DNA of 64,000 nt from Bifidobacteriaceae bacterium (GCA_031281585.1 JAITFE010000067.1:22499-86498); one strand, 5' to 3'. Counted from the first letter of the stretch, positions 1-10,920 are shown. Program-made: numbers and translations. The notes: generated by a model not told the origin, from the sequence alone.

Positions 1-662
1 TCGCCAAGCGGGCCGTCCGCCACCACCCGGCCGTGGCTCAGGACAATCCCGCGCTGGAGGTAGCGCTCGAAGGGCCCCAAGTCGTGGAGCACCACCAGGC
101 AGGTCAGGCCGGCGCGGGCCTCGAGCGCCGCCACCAGTTGCTCCGCTGAGGCCGAGTCGACTCCGGCCAGCGGTTCGTCCATGATCAAGAGCTCGGGATC
201 CCTTACCAGGGCGCGGGCCAGGAGCACTCGGTGCCGCTGGCCGCCCGAGAGCTGGGCGACGGCCCGCTTGGTGGCGTTTGGCAGTCCCACCGCGTTCAGC
301 GCGGCGGCGGCGCGGACCTTCGAGCCGCGAGGCGGCCAAGGTCGCCAACCCGTCAGCATCCCGGCCCGGACCACCTCCATTGGCGAGGTCGGAACGCCGG
401 ACCCGACCTGGGAGGACTGGGGCACATAGGCCAGCTTGCGCCAGGTCAGGGTGCGCCCCGGCGGCCTTCCGAGCACCTCGACTTGGCCGGCCGTGACGGG
501 GATCAACCCGAGCAGCGCCTTGACCAGGGTCGACTTGCCGGAGCCGTTCGCGCCCAGAATGCCGACTCGCTCGCCTTCTTGGACGGTCAGGCTGATGTCG
601 CTGAGGATGCGGTTGCCTCCCAGGTTGACGTCAGCGCCGATGGCTTTGGCGACGGCGGTCAA
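1..662 (-). CDS. metal-type ABC transporter ATP-binding protein (3' end outside window)
   Basis: Own translation of the minus strand gives Walker A GANGSGKST, signature LSGGQRHRV and Walker B LLIMDEP. A TTG at 662 overlaps the stop of the upstream SBP gene (TTGA). It is absent from the ORF track because it runs off the window. Confidence 0.8.
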   Translation of the reverse strand, partial: MTAVAKAIGADVNLGGNRILSDISLTVQEGERVGILGANGSGKSTLVKALLGLIPVTAGQVEVLGRPPGRTLTWRKLAYVPQSSQVGSGVPTSPMEVVRAGMLTGWRPWPPRGSKVRAAAALNAVGLPNATKRAVAQLSGGQRHRVLLARALVRDPELLIMDEPLAGVDSASAEQLVAALEARAGLTCLVVLHDLGPFERYLQRGIVLSHGRVVADGPLG

Positions 663-1651
663 GGCGCGACCAGTCCCGATTGGAGGGCTCCTAGGTTTGA
701 TTGCATGACTTGAAGGTAGTCGCCGGCGCTGTCGTTTTCGAGCGGGCTCAGCACAGCCGTGGTCATGCCGAGCCGGTCGGCTAGGACCTCGGCGGTCTTC
801 GGCGACGCCTGGTCTTCGAAGTAGATGGTCTTGACCTTGAGGCCTTCCAACTGTTTGGCGACCTCGGAAATGCGGGCGGGGCTCGGCTCCGCCTCCGGGT
901 CAACCCCGGAGATCGAGATCGCGTCCAGCCCGTAGCGGTTGGCGAAGTAGTTGAAAGCGGCATGGGTGGTGACCAGCGTGGCGCCCGCGAAGCCCGTGAG
1001 GCCTTCGGCCAGCTCCTCGTCAAGCGCCTTGAGCTGGTCGGCTGTGGCGTTGGCGCGCTCCTCGTACCCCTGGGCGCCTTCCGGGTCGGCCTGGGCCAAG
1101 GCTTCGCCGATGGGGCCGGTCAGTTCCGCCATCAGGGTCGGGTCCAGCCAGAAATGCGGATCGCCGTCCAGGATTTGGACCACGTCCGCCGCGTCCAAGA
1201 CCGCCTTGGGCGGGTTGGAGGTGATCGCCTCATCCACCGCTGCCTGGAAACCGCCCAGCGTGACCAGAAGGTCGGCCTGGCCAAGGGCCGAGACCTGGGA
1301 CAGCTCAAGCTCCGAGTCATGCGGCTCCGCGCCCTTTGGCGTGAGGCTCCCAACGCTAATCTGGTCCCCGGCGATCTGCTGGGTCAGCCACTGCAACGGG
1401 TAGAAGGACGCCATCACCTTGGGGCCGCTGGCCGCCTGCTGACTGTCGTCATCCCCGGACCGGCCAGACCCGGCCGGCGCGCCGCAGGCGCTTACCAGCA
1501 GGGTCAGCCCGACGGCGGTCGCCAGGACCCTCGGAAGGGGCCTTCTTGGGGCGCGCCCGGAGCTGCGCGCGGGGATGCGGGCGGACGGCGGGGTCTGGCG
1601 TTTCAACGCGCGAAGGCGTTTAAGAGTCTCTAACACGCAAATGATTATCAT
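659..1651 (-). CDS. metal ABC transporter substrate-binding lipoprotein (ZnuA/TroA family)
   Basis: 330-aa ORF with lipobox LLVSACG after a basic N-terminus and a DPHFWLDP motif typical of ZnuA/TroA SBPs. It is coupled to the downstream ATPase. The start is uncertain: ATG 1651 lies inside the palindromic operator, with alternatives GTG 1636 and TTG 1606. Confidence 0.8.
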   Translation of the reverse strand: MIIICVLETLKRLRALKRQTPPSARIPARSSGRAPRRPLPRVLATAVGLTLLVSACGAPAGSGRSGDDDSQQAASGPKVMASFYPLQWLTQQIAGDQISVGSLTPKGAEPHDSELELSQVSALGQADLLVTLGGFQAAVDEAITSNPPKAVLDAADVVQILDGDPHFWLDPTLMAELTGPIGEALAQADPEGAQGYEERANATADQLKALDEELAEGLTGFAGATLVTTHAAFNYFANRYGLDAISISGVDPEAEPSPARISEVAKQLEGLKVKTIYFEDQASPKTAEVLADRLGMTTAVLSPLENDSAGDYLQVMQSNLGALQSGLVAP

Positions 1652-1653
1652 TT
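1639..1653. promoter_or_regulatory. Fur-family (Zur-like) operator, perfect 7-1-7 palindrome AAATGATTATCATTT
   Basis: AT-rich perfect palindrome in the divergent znuA-like/glyQS intergenic region. It resembles actinobacterial Zur/Fur boxes (ATGAnnnTCAT core) and sits next to a Zn/Mn-type uptake operon. Confidence 0.55.
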
Positions 1654-1817
1654 TGTGGGGTGACGGAAGTCAAGTCGGGTGGCGGCGGGTCTCATTCTCT
1701 GGCGGTGCCAGACGGGCGAGATCGCCGGTTGGTCCGTCCAAACGCGAGCGAAAACGCGATCATGATCCGGCGGTCATCCCCGAGGGGCACGGCGGCCCTG
1801 GGCTAGGCTTGTGCGCC

Positions 1818-3206
1818 ATGGCAGCACCTTCCTCCACAATCGATTCGGTTATCTCACTGGCCAAACGGCGGGGCTTCGTTTTCCCGTGCGGGGAAATCTA
1901 CGGTGGGACCAGGTCGGCCTGGGATTACGGGCCGCTCGGGGTCGAATTGAAGGAGAACATCAAGCGGGCGTGGTGGCAGGCGATGGTGACCTCGCGGGAC
2001 GACGTGGTGGGGCTTGATTCGTCGGTGATCCTGCCGCGCCAAGTCTGGGAGGCCTCCGGCCATGTGGCTGTCTTCACCGACCCGCTGATCGAATGCACAA
2101 ACTGCCACAAGCGCTTCCGCGAGGACACGCTGCTGGAGGAGTTCGAGGAGCGCAAACACCACGCGCCTGAAGGCGGCCTGGCGGGACTGCCCTGCCCGAA
2201 CTGCGGGGTCAAGGGCGCCTGGACGGAGCCAAAGCAGTTCTCGGGGCTACTCCGCACATTCCTGGGCCCCGTGGAGGATGAGAAGGGACTGCACTACCTG
2301 CGCCCCGAAACCGCACAGGGAATCTTCGTCAACTTCGCCAACGTGCAGGCGGCGTCCCGCAAGAAGCCGCCATTCGGGATTGGGCAGGTGGGGAAGTCGT
2401 TCCGCAACGAGATCACTCCGGGCAACTTCATTTTCCGCACGCGCGAGTTCGAGCAGATGGAAATGGAGTTCTTCGTGGTGCCGGGGACGGACGAGGAATG
2501 GCACCAATACTGGATTGACGAGCGGACCCGTTGGTACACGGACCTTGGCATCAAACCGGAGAACTTGCGCCATTACGAGCACCCGCAGGAGAAGTTGTCG
2601 CACTACTCCAAGCGCACCGTCGACATTGAGTACCGGTTCCATTTCCAGGGGTCCGAATGGGGCGAGCTCGAGGGGATCGCCAACCGAACCGACTTCGACC
2701 TGACCACGCATTCGCAGCACTCCGGCCAGGACCTGTCGGTGTTTGACCAGGCCAGTGGCGAGCGCTACGTGCCCTATGTGATCGAGCCGGCGGCGGGTCT
2801 GTCGCGTTCCGTCATGGCTTTCCTGGTGGACGCCTACGCGGTGGACGAGGCGCCCAACACCAAAGGCGGCGTGGACCAGCGCACGGTCTTGCGCCTGGAC
2901 CCCCGGCTGGCGCCCGTCAAGGCCGCCGTGCTGCCGCTGTCCAGGGACGCCCGGCTCTCGCCGAAGGCCCGCGACCTGGCCGCCGAGTTGCGCAAGTACT
3001 GGAACATCGACTTTGACGACGCGGGCGCTATTGGCCGCCGCTACCGCCGGCAAGATGAGATCGGCACGCCGTTGTGCGTCACGATCGACTTCGATTCTTT
3101 GGACGATGACGCCGCCACCATCCGTCAGCGCGACTCCATGGCCCAGGAGCGGGTCGGCATAGGCCAAGTCAAGGAGCGCCTGGCGGGGCTGCTCGCGGGG
3201 GCATGA
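1818..3206 (+). CDS. glyQS: glycine--tRNA ligase (class II, dimeric type)
   Basis: ORF 1575..3206, with the start moved to in-frame ATG 1818 ([30 protein letters not shown]). The upstream 81 codons are R/G-rich and overlap the divergent promoter. Confidence 0.9.
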   Translation: MAAPSSTIDSVISLAKRRGFVFPCGEIYGGTRSAWDYGPLGVELKENIKRAWWQAMVTSRDDVVGLDSSVILPRQVWEASGHVAVFTDPLIECTNCHKRFREDTLLEEFEERKHHAPEGGLAGLPCPNCGVKGAWTEPKQFSGLLRTFLGPVEDEKGLHYLRPETAQGIFVNFANVQAASRKKPPFGIGQVGKSFRNEITPGNFIFRTREFEQMEMEFFVVPGTDEEWHQYWIDERTRWYTDLGIKPENLRHYEHPQEKLSHYSKRTVDIEYRFHFQGSEWGELEGIANRTDFDLTTHSQHSGQDLSVFDQASGERYVPYVIEPAAGLSRSVMAFLVDAYAVDEAPNTKGGVDQRTVLRLDPRLAPVKAAVLPLSRDARLSPKARDLAAELRKYWNIDFDDAGAIGRRYRRQDEIGTPLCVTIDFDSLDDDAATIRQRDSMAQERVGIGQVKERLAGLLAGA

Positions 3207-4378
3207 CGAGGGATTCGGCTGTCGGCGGAGCGCTCGACTTCCCGCCACGAGTCCTGCGCCTGGGCCCCGTCAGGGCCCCGTTGCCGGTGATGCTCGCCCC
3301 AATGGCGGGCGTCACCAATCTGCCGTTCCGGTTGCTGTGCCGGGAGTTTGGCCGGGGCCTGTTCGTGACGGAGATGGTCACCAGTCGCGGTCTGGTTGGG
3401 GGCAACGCCGCGACGCGCCGACTGCTGCGCCACGACCCGTCGGAGCAGCCGCGTTCGGTGCAGCTTTACGGCGTGGAGCCGGGCACGGTCGCGGCGGCGG
3501 TGGCGCTGATCCGACGAGAAGACCTGGCGGACCACATCGACCTGAACTTCGGCTGCCCGGCCCCCAAGATCACCCGCCAGGGCGGGGGAGCGGCTCTGCC
3601 CTGGAAGCTGGAACTGTTCCGCCGGATCGTTGGCGGCGCGGTCGCCGCCGCCGGGCCACTCCCTGTCACGGTCAAGCTCAGGCTCGGCATTGACGAGTCC
3701 CACCTGACGTTTCTTGACGCCGGGCTGGCCGCCCAGGCCGAGGGCGCGGCCGGTCTCACCCTGCACGCGCGCACCGCCGCGCAACACTATTCCGGACGGG
3801 CGGACTGGTCGCAGATCGCACTGCTGAAGCGGGAGGTCGCAGCCATCCCCGTGTTGGGGAACGGGGACGTCTTCACAGCGGACGATGCCGTCGCGATGGT
3901 CCGCGAAACCAGTTGCGACGGGGTGGTGGTCGGCCGGGGCTGTTTGGGGCGTCCGTGGCTTTTCGCGGACCTCGAAGCCGCTTTGGATGGTCGGGCGGAT
4001 CGCGTGCGGCCGTCGCTGGGGTTTGTGGCGGACGTGATCCGCCGCCACGCCGAGGGCCTAGTCGCCTTCTTCGGCTCGGAGTCGAAGGCGCTGGCCGACC
4101 TCAGGCGGCACATGAGCTGGTACTTGCGCGGCTATCCGGTGGGCGGCACGGAACGCGCCGCCGCGCACCAATTGTCCTCACTGGCCGACCTGGAGCGGCT
4201 CATCTCCGGGCTTGACCAGGCTTCACCGTATCCCGGTCCGGTCGCCGAGGCCCCGCGCGGGCGCGCGGGCGGACCAAAACACCCCCGCCTGCCGGACCGC
4301 TGGCTGGACTCGCGTGACGTGACCGCGGCCCACCGGGCCGCGCTGGCGGGAGCCGAACTCTCGGTGTCCGGCGGCTAG
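3203..4378 (+). CDS. dus: tRNA-dihydrouridine synthase
   Basis: 391-aa ORF with [31 protein letters not shown] and [14 protein letters not shown] motifs of the Dus family. It has a 4-nt overlap with the glyQS stop. Confidence 0.85.
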   Translation: MTRDSAVGGALDFPPRVLRLGPVRAPLPVMLAPMAGVTNLPFRLLCREFGRGLFVTEMVTSRGLVGGNAATRRLLRHDPSEQPRSVQLYGVEPGTVAAAVALIRREDLADHIDLNFGCPAPKITRQGGGAALPWKLELFRRIVGGAVAAAGPLPVTVKLRLGIDESHLTFLDAGLAAQAEGAAGLTLHARTAAQHYSGRADWSQIALLKREVAAIPVLGNGDVFTADDAVAMVRETSCDGVVVGRGCLGRPWLFADLEAALDGRADRVRPSLGFVADVIRRHAEGLVAFFGSESKALADLRRHMSWYLRGYPVGGTERAAAHQLSSLADLERLISGLDQASPYPGPVAEAPRGRAGGPKHPRLPDRWLDSRDVTAAHRAALAGAELSVSGG

Positions 4379-4415
4379 CGATGGACCGGCGCGGAAATAG
4401 GTACCGTCCCCGTTC

Positions 4416-5810
4416 TTAGGGGGCGCTGGAGATGGATTGGCGCAGGCCCCTGAGGAGGGATGGGAGCGCGACGGCGGTGATCAAGGCCATGCCGGCCACC
4501 ATGACCCCGAGGGGGGCGAGCCAGACCACCGGGTCGAATCCCAAGGTGGCGGGCCATTTGGGGGCAGCGGCCACATTCGCCAGGCCTATTCCGGAGCTCA
4601 GGCCGACCACGGCCACGCCGGCCAAGGCGACCGCGGTCGCGGTGACGGCCAGAATGAACGCCTCGGTGAAGCCGGCCAGCAAGACCTGCCAGGTCGTCGC
4701 ACCGGCCAGGCGCAGGACTTGGGCCTCGGCGGCGCGGCTGCGGGCGGTCACTATGACGGTCAGGACCGAGCCGGTCAGGGCGACCACGACCGGCACGCCG
4801 GCCAGCACAACGCCGGACACGTCACGGGCCTGGACCCAGCCGCGGCCGGCCGGGTCCAGGGCGCTCCGGGAGAAGTAGATCGACAACGTGGCGCCGGCCA
4901 GCAGGGCCCCGACCAGCACCAGGTTGAAGGACTCGAGCGAACGGCGGGCCTGGAAAGCGGCCCCGAGGCGGCCAAGCGACAGCGCCGGAAGGTGGTGGCG
5001 CGGCAGGAACACCGTCCAGGCGCGGATCAGGAGCGGGCAGTAGACGGGCGCGCTCAGCGAGAAGAAGACCGCGAGCAGGACGGTGGTGGCGCCAGCCAGG
5101 GTGGCGCCAATGTTGGCCGCTTCGACCGTGCCCAGGCGGAGCGAGTCAAGCCCGGGCAGGGTGGCCGTCAGACCGGCGGTGACGCAGGCGCCCACGCCGC
5201 AGATCGCGGCGAGCGCCACGCGCTTGCGCGAACGCACGCGGAGCGGCTGAAACGGCAGCGGCTTGATGGCCTCGATCGGCTCGACTGCACGCGCTTGGCT
5301 GGAGCCCTGGGTGGCGGCGATCAAGGCCAAGCCAAGCGTGATGACGAACGCGCCCAGAATCGCGTGCGCGTCCGTGTGGCCGCGCAGGTCGCCCCGGCCT
5401 GAACTGGCCCAGGCGATGAAGCGCATCGCCTGGGGGGCGGTGGCCCAGCCCAAGACGATCCCAACCACGGACGACACGGCCGCTATCCCGACCACTTGGT
5501 GGGAGAACTGGCTGGCTGCCCCGCTCGGCGTGAGGCCGACTATCGCGAGGCGCGCGACCCGCTGGCGTGTGCGCTGGGCCGCCTGGTAGACGGAGATGGC
5601 GGTCGCGCCGACTCCCGCGAGCAGGACCAGCGCCAAGAGGGTGGCGTCGTACTGATCCATCAGCCCGACCTCCTCGTCCGCCAGCGACTCGTTGAGCGAA
5701 CGCATGGAGAAGGTGATGGTCAGCAGGGCAGCGGTCAACCCCAGCAGCGGGCCCGCCGCCAGCCAGAGCCGGATGTTGGTCAGCATCTCGCGGACCGCCA
5801 AGGGGATCAT
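4416..5810 (-). CDS. ABC transporter permease (FtsX-like, multi-TM)
   Basis: 464-aa hydrophobic ORF with many predicted TM helices. It overlaps the upstream ATPase gene by 4 nt. Confidence 0.7.
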   Translation of the reverse strand: MIPLAVREMLTNIRLWLAAGPLLGLTAALLTITFSMRSLNESLADEEVGLMDQYDATLLALVLLAGVGATAISVYQAAQRTRQRVARLAIVGLTPSGAASQFSHQVVGIAAVSSVVGIVLGWATAPQAMRFIAWASSGRGDLRGHTDAHAILGAFVITLGLALIAATQGSSQARAVEPIEAIKPLPFQPLRVRSRKRVALAAICGVGACVTAGLTATLPGLDSLRLGTVEAANIGATLAGATTVLLAVFFSLSAPVYCPLLIRAWTVFLPRHHLPALSLGRLGAAFQARRSLESFNLVLVGALLAGATLSIYFSRSALDPAGRGWVQARDVSGVVLAGVPVVVALTGSVLTVIVTARSRAAEAQVLRLAGATTWQVLLAGFTEAFILAVTATAVALAGVAVVGLSSGIGLANVAAAPKWPATLGFDPVVWLAPLGVMVAGMALITAVALPSLLRGLRQSISSAP

Positions 5811-6577
5811 TCGTCGTCTCCGTAGGGGGTCTGGTCCAGCGCGGCCAGGATCTCCTCGGCGCTGGGGCGCTCCAAGGTCGCGCCGAGCGACCCGTCCACA
5901 ATGGTGATGACCCGGTCGGCTTGGGAGGCGAGGTGGAGGTCGTGGGTGGCGAGCACCACCGCCGTCCCCGTGACGGACAGCTTCTGAAGCGAATGCAACA
6001 CGATCCTCGAGTCGGCGGTGCTGAGGCGGCCGGTCGGCTCGTCGGCGAAAACGATTTTCGGGTGCTGGGTGAGCAAACGCGCTAGGGAGATTTTGGCGGC
6101 CTGCGGCGGGGTCAATTGTTCGGGCGACTTCTTGGCCAGGTCGGCCGCGCCCAATTCCTCCAGGGTCCGCAGCGACAATTCGCGGTTGGACCAGGCCGAC
6201 CGCCCGGCCAGTTGGCCTGGCAGCTCCACGTTCTGGAGCGCCGTCAACGACGGCACCAGCGGCGGGTTGATCAGCAGCAGGCCCACGTTTTCACGCAGCA
6301 TGCCGGCAATGGTGGACCGGGAGGCCCGCGCCAGGTTGGTTTCCAGCAAAACCACGTGCCCCTCGGTGACGGGCTCCAGTCCGGCCAGGCAGCGCAGCAG
6401 CGTTGACTTGCCGGAACCGGATGGGCCCACCAGGGCGAGCATTTCGCCCGCCCGCAAGGTCAAAGAGACGCCGGAGAAGACATGCAAAGGGTGCTTGGCG
6501 TCCTTCATCCAGAAGACTTTTGAAATCTTGTGGGCGCTGAGAACAGTCGGTCCGGGAGTGAGAGCGGCTTGGTCCAC
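5807..6577 (-). CDS. ABC transporter ATP-binding protein (MacB/LolD-like)
   Basis: Walker A GPSGSGKSTL and Walker B IVFADEPTGRL. Confidence 0.85.
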   Translation of the reverse strand: MDQAALTPGPTVLSAHKISKVFWMKDAKHPLHVFSGVSLTLRAGEMLALVGPSGSGKSTLLRCLAGLEPVTEGHVVLLETNLARASRSTIAGMLRENVGLLLINPPLVPSLTALQNVELPGQLAGRSAWSNRELSLRTLEELGAADLAKKSPEQLTPPQAAKISLARLLTQHPKIVFADEPTGRLSTADSRIVLHSLQKLSVTGTAVVLATHDLHLASQADRVITIVDGSLGATLERPSAEEILAALDQTPYGDDE

Positions 6578-6612
6578 AGGCTTAAGGTTATCCGGCCTGA
6601 TAGCGTGCCTGC

Positions 6613-7911
6613 ATGGCAGGTTACGGTCCGCTCGACTCAGAACGTCTGATTGAGGAGACGGACAAGACCTCCAACCGCACCGAATTCGAGCGGGACAGGG
6701 CGCGTTTGCTGCATTCGGCGGCCCTGCGGCGGTTGGGTGCGAAAACCCAAGTCAGAACCCCATGGCGGCGCCTGGACCACCCGACTGGCGACGACTTCAT
6801 CCGCACCCGGTTGACCCATTCGCTGGAGGTCGCCCAGGTGGGCCGCGAGCTGGGAAAAGCCCTGGGCTGCGACCCGGACGTGGTGGACACCGCCTGCCTG
6901 GCCCACGACTTGGGGCACCCGCCTTTTGGCCACAACGGCGAGCGCGCCCTGGCGGAGGTGGCGGAGGAGGCTGGCGGCTTCGAGGGCAACGCCCAGACGC
7001 TGCGGCTGCTGACAAGGTTGGAGGCGAAGGTTTACGCGGACGGGCGCTCGTGGGGCCTGAATCTGTCACGGGCGTCCCTGGACGCCTCGATCAAATACCC
7101 GTGGCGTCGCGGAGAGGGGCCGCCCGGCGCGGATCCCGCCAAGTTCGGCGTCTACGAACCGGAGATGGAGGTCTTCGAGTGGGTCAGGCGCGGGGCCGCG
7201 CCGGCGGCCAAGTGCGTGGAGGCCCAGGTGATGGATTTGGCGGACGACATCGCGTACTCGGTCCATGACGTGGAGGACGGGATAGTCGGCGGCTCGATCG
7301 CCCCGTTGGCCTTGGCCAGCGAGCCAGAGCGGCGGGCCGTCGCGGAACTGGCCGCCCGGCGCTACTGGGGCGGCTCGCCGGCGGAGTTGGAGGGCGCGGC
7401 CAACCGGCTGACGCGCCTGCCGTTCTGGCCGCGCCAATGGGACGGGTCCCGCCAGGCCTTGGCGGGTCTGAAGAACATGACGTCCGGGCTGATCGGGCGG
7501 TTCGTCGTGGCCGCCCAGACCGCCACGCGGCGGCTCTACGGGCCCGGACGGCTGACCCGGTACGCCGCCGAACTGGTGGTGCCACCGGAGACTGGCACTG
7601 AGATCGCGGTGTTGAAGGCGCTGGCCGCGTTGTTCGTCATGGAGCCCCGTCAGGGCGACCCGGTTTACGTGCACCAGCGCACCATCTTGAAAGAATTGTT
7701 CGGTTTTCTGATGGAGCGGGCCCCCGGTTCGCTGCAGCCGGAGTTCCAAGCCGACTTCGCGGAGGCCGCCGATCCCGCCGCCAGGACCCGCGTTGTCGTG
7801 GACCAGTTGGCGTCGTTGACCGATTCGTCCGCTTTGATTGAGCACCGGCGCTTTGCGGCCGGGAGCGAACTGTCCCCGCCGGCGTGGCCCGGTGACAGTG
7901 CCGTCTTCTAG
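6613..7911 (+). CDS. dgt: dGTP triphosphohydrolase-like HD-domain protein
   Basis: 432 aa with RTRLTHSLEVAQVGRELG and LAHDLGHPPFGH HD motifs. It occupies the conserved position upstream of dnaG. Confidence 0.85.
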   Translation: MAGYGPLDSERLIEETDKTSNRTEFERDRARLLHSAALRRLGAKTQVRTPWRRLDHPTGDDFIRTRLTHSLEVAQVGRELGKALGCDPDVVDTACLAHDLGHPPFGHNGERALAEVAEEAGGFEGNAQTLRLLTRLEAKVYADGRSWGLNLSRASLDASIKYPWRRGEGPPGADPAKFGVYEPEMEVFEWVRRGAAPAAKCVEAQVMDLADDIAYSVHDVEDGIVGGSIAPLALASEPERRAVAELAARRYWGGSPAELEGAANRLTRLPFWPRQWDGSRQALAGLKNMTSGLIGRFVVAAQTATRRLYGPGRLTRYAAELVVPPETGTEIAVLKALAALFVMEPRQGDPVYVHQRTILKELFGFLMERAPGSLQPEFQADFAEAADPAARTRVVVDQLASLTDSSALIEHRRFAAGSELSPPAWPGDSAVF

Positions 7912-7913
7912 AC

Positions 7914-9830
7914 TTGGGCTCCGTGGCCGGGCGCATCACCAAAGCGGACGTTGAGGCCGTCAGGGCCGCCGCCCAGGTGGACCAGATAGTCGGCGAGAGG
8001 GTCAACCTCAAACGCGCCGGCGTGGGCTCGTTGAAGGGCCTGTGCCCGTTCCATGACGAGCGCACCGCCTCCTTCCACGTGCGCCCGCAGGTGGGCTTGT
8101 GGCATTGCTTCGGCTGCGGCGAGGGCGGCGACACGATCGCCTTCCTGATGAAGGCGGACGGCCTGAGCTTCACCGAGGCGATCGAATACTTGGCGGGGCG
8201 CTACGGCATCACCCTGCATTACGAGGAGACGGCCCCGGGTCGGGAACGCGACCCGTCGGAGCCGACCCGCGCCCGCCTTCTGGAGGCGAACCGCTTGGCC
8301 GCCGAGTATTACGCCGAGCGGCTGGGCACGCCGGAGGCCCGGCCCGCGCGGGACTTCTTGCGGTCCCGCAACTTTGACCGGGTGGTCGCGGACCGCTTCG
8401 GGGTCGGCTTCGCGCCTGGCGGCTGGGACAATCTGACTCGCCACCTGCGGGGACGCGGTTTCCAGGAGGCGGAATTGGCCGCGGCGGGCCTGACCTCGCC
8501 GGGCCGCCAGGGGCCGGTCGACCGGTTCCGGGAGCGGCTCGTCTGGCCGATCCGGGACTTGACCGGCGCCGTGGTGGGTTTTGGGGCCCGGCGGTTGTCC
8601 GATGCCGCCGAGTCGGCCAAGTATCTGAACACCCCGGAGACGCCGTTGTACCGCAAGTCGCAGCTTCTATACGGCGTTGACCTGGCCAAGAAGGCGATCG
8701 CGCGGCGCCGGCGCGTGGTGGTGGTCGAGGGGTACACAGACGTCATGGCGGCGCATCTGTCCGGGGTGGAGGAGGCGGTGGCGACCTGCGGGACCGCGTT
8801 CGGGAACGACCACATCAGGGTGGTCCGGCGCTTGCTGGGAGACGTCGGCTCGCCGGCGTCTGGCGTGCAGATGTCGGACGGGGCCTCGGTCGGCGGCAAA
8901 GTCGTGTTCACCTTCGACGGGGACGAGGCGGGCCAAAAGGCCGCCATGCGCGCGTTCGGCGAGGAGCAGCGGTTCTACGCGGGAACCTTCGTGGCGGTGG
9001 CGCCCCAGGGGCAGGACCCGTGCGAGTTGTGGGTCGGCCAGGGCGAACAAGCCGTGCGGGACCTAGTCGAGGGCGCCGAGCCGATGTTCCGCTGGGCGGT
9101 GCGCACGGCCCTGAAGTCAGTGGACCTGGAGACTGCGGAGGGCCGGGTGGCCGGGATGCGGATGGCGGCGCCCATGGTGGCGGGAATCCGGGACGACGCG
9201 CTCAGGCGCGACTACACCCGGCTGCTCGCGGGCTGGGTGGGCCAAGACGAGGCGCTGGTGCGGCGCGAGGTGGCTGGGGTGCGGTCCGGGGGAAGGGGGC
9301 GGACGGCATCGGCCAATGGCGGAGGCGGCCCGGGCGGACGGGGGGAGGGCTGGCGGGCGCCCGTCGACTCGGTGGGGCGGTCGGAGCACGACGCCCTGGC
9401 GGCCGTGCTGCAACTGCCCCGGCTGGTGCCGCCCCAATTTGACGACTTGGCGGGAGACGTTTTCCAGGTCCCCGAACTGCGGGCGGTGCATGACGCGATC
9501 CGGGCCGCGGGCGGGGTGGGGGCGGCCCAAGCCGAGGGCGCGGACCCGGCGGCGTGGATGGCGGAGGTTCGGGAACTGGCCGCGCCGCCGGTGGCCGGGG
9601 TGGTCGTGGCCCTCGCGGTGGAAGCGCTGCCGATCCGCGAGGGAGGCGAGGCCGACTACGTGGCGGGAGTGGTGAACGGGTTGCGGCAACTCGGGATCAC
9701 GCGGCGCCTGGGGGAGTTGCGCTCCCGGCTGGGCCGACAGGACGCGGCGGGGGACGCGGCGGGAAGGGCCGCGACGCTGATGGAAATCAATGAGTTGATG
9801 CGCAGCCGCGACGAACTGCGGCCGGACTGA
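7914..9830 (+). CDS. dnaG: DNA primase
   Basis: 638 aa with zinc finger CPFHDERTASFHV...CFGCGEGGD and a TOPRIM region VVVVEGYTDVMA...FDGDEAGQKAA. Confidence 0.92.
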   Translation: MGSVAGRITKADVEAVRAAAQVDQIVGERVNLKRAGVGSLKGLCPFHDERTASFHVRPQVGLWHCFGCGEGGDTIAFLMKADGLSFTEAIEYLAGRYGITLHYEETAPGRERDPSEPTRARLLEANRLAAEYYAERLGTPEARPARDFLRSRNFDRVVADRFGVGFAPGGWDNLTRHLRGRGFQEAELAAAGLTSPGRQGPVDRFRERLVWPIRDLTGAVVGFGARRLSDAAESAKYLNTPETPLYRKSQLLYGVDLAKKAIARRRRVVVVEGYTDVMAAHLSGVEEAVATCGTAFGNDHIRVVRRLLGDVGSPASGVQMSDGASVGGKVVFTFDGDEAGQKAAMRAFGEEQRFYAGTFVAVAPQGQDPCELWVGQGEQAVRDLVEGAEPMFRWAVRTALKSVDLETAEGRVAGMRMAAPMVAGIRDDALRRDYTRLLAGWVGQDEALVRREVAGVRSGGRGRTASANGGGGPGGRGEGWRAPVDSVGRSEHDALAAVLQLPRLVPPQFDDLAGDVFQVPELRAVHDAIRAAGGVGAAQAEGADPAAWMAEVRELAAPPVAGVVVALAVEALPIREGGEADYVAGVVNGLRQLGITRRLGELRSRLGRQDAAGDAAGRAATLMEINELMRSRDELRPD

Positions 9831-9832
9831 GG

Positions 9833-10144
9833 TCAGACCTCCTCGGGCGGGAACGCGCCGGGCTCCGGGGGCCGCTTGCCGTGCTGCTTCTCCCAACTCG
9901 ACAGCTGCTGTTCCAGGGCTTTCATCAGCTCGAACACCTGCGCCGGGGGAATGCGGACGCGGGCGCCCACCACGGCGGTCAAGACCACCTGGCCGGATTC
10001 CCGCCGGGGCGGTTCCAACAGGGCCGCGAAGTCCAGCACGAACGCATCGTTGGTGTGCCAAGCGCGGACGAAGTCGGCGTAGACGCCGGTTTCCAGTTCG
10101 GTCGGAAGCTTGATCTGGATGCGCTGCTCAGTTGCCATTGGCAA
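9833..10144 (-). CDS. DUF3467-like small conserved protein
   Basis: 103-aa ORF (MATEQRIQIKLPTELETGVYADFVRAWHTNDAFVLDFA). It is convergent with dnaG and has compact coding-like composition. Confidence 0.65.
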   Translation of the reverse strand: MPMATEQRIQIKLPTELETGVYADFVRAWHTNDAFVLDFAALLEPPRRESGQVVLTAVVGARVRIPPAQVFELMKALEQQLSSWEKQHGKRPPEPGAFPPEEV

Positions 10145-10229
10145 ATCCTATCGACCCGGCCCGCGCCGCCAGTCAACGACGGGCCGCGCGCCTCGGCGAC
10201 GCGGGCGGGCGCGCGGGTAGGGTGGCGGG

Positions 10230-10742
10230 ATGGTTTACGTGCACGTTGACAAGCCGCCGGGCCACCTGATCGCCGCCTTGGGTTTGCCGCGCGGCGCCAA
10301 GGTCCTGGCCGTCGCCGCCTTGCCCGATGCCGTCACCTGGCTGATCGCCGCCAACCTCGGTTTGGGCGTGGCCAGCACCGAGGCGCAGGAGTTCCACCCG
10401 TGGGATCAGATTGAGCGCGCGAAGATGCGACCCGCTGACGGCGTGCTAACGGTCACCTACTCCGACACCCGGCGGACCGTAGAGTACACGCTGCGTTCGA
10501 AGGACAAACGCTTCGCGTCGATTGTCAACGAACGGGTCAAGGCGTCGGTGGTGGAGGTTGAACACGTGCCCGTGGACGGCGGCCAGGTGATCGTGGCGCT
10601 GCGCCGCCGTCCCACCGACCAGTCCGTTTACCTCCAGGAACTGCCCGGTCCGGGCGTCGACCCGGCGGTCGCGGAGCCCTTGGTGCGGGCCGCGCGCGCC
10701 CGCCTGGGCGAAGCCGCCGGATTGCCGAGCGGCACCTGGTAA
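10230..10742 (+). CDS. hypothetical protein
   Basis: 170-aa ORF with protein-like (not R/P-rich) composition. No motif recognised. Confidence 0.6.
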   Translation: MVYVHVDKPPGHLIAALGLPRGAKVLAVAALPDAVTWLIAANLGLGVASTEAQEFHPWDQIERAKMRPADGVLTVTYSDTRRTVEYTLRSKDKRFASIVNERVKASVVEVEHVPVDGGQVIVALRRRPTDQSVYLQELPGPGVDPAVAEPLVRAARARLGEAAGLPSGTW

Positions 10743-10757
10743 GCTGTAGCCCGCCCT

Positions 10758-10830
10758 TCCCGGCTAGCTCAATCGGCAGAGCATCTGACTGTTAATCAGA
10801 GGGTTACTGGTTCGAGTCCAGTGCCGGGAG
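10758..10830 (+). tRNA. tRNA-Asn (GTT)
   Basis: Hand-folded cloverleaf: acceptor tcccggc/gccggga, D arm gctc..gagc, anticodon stem tctga/tcaga with loop ctGTTaa, T arm actgg-ttcgagt-ccagt. An encoded CCA follows. Confidence 0.9.
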
Positions 10831-10846
10831 CCACCCGCCCAGCGCG

Positions 10847-10920
10847 GGGCCAGTAGCTCAGCCGGTCAGAGCAGCGGACTCATAATCCGCCGGTCGCGGG
10901 TTCAAGCCCCGCCTGGCCCA
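10847..10920 (+). tRNA. tRNA-Met (CAT); could equally be a lysidine-modified tRNA-Ile2
   Basis: Cloverleaf: acceptor gggccag/ctggccc, anticodon stem gcgga/tccgc with loop ctCATaa, T arm gcggg-ttcaagc-cccgc. No encoded CCA. Confidence 0.85.

Noticed and set aside
1575-1817. Long N-terminal extensions of several track ORFs: glyQS from 1575, EamA to 23007, ogt from 22599, HK to 30840, RR to 31451, isochorismatase from 42744, oxidoreductase to 46947, MoxR from 37467, the BatC-like gene from 41620, and the cas8-position gene to 54196.
   Set aside because: The extensions are R/P/G-rich, overlap neighbouring genes or promoters (or decayed CRISPR repeats), and in-frame internal starts give family-typical N-termini, often with ATGA/GTGA coupling.
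2247-3248. Large antisense or alternative-frame ORFs inside confident genes, for example 2247..3248(-), 3125..4048(-), 27150..28694(+), 33956..35431(+), 35978..37285(-), 41470..42705(-), 61365..62534(+), 19785..20555(+) and 14466..15371(-).
   Set aside because: These are typical stop-codon-poor shadow ORFs of ~70% GC DNA. Their products are Arg/Pro/Gly-rich with no motifs, and each fully overlaps a gene with clear family signatures.
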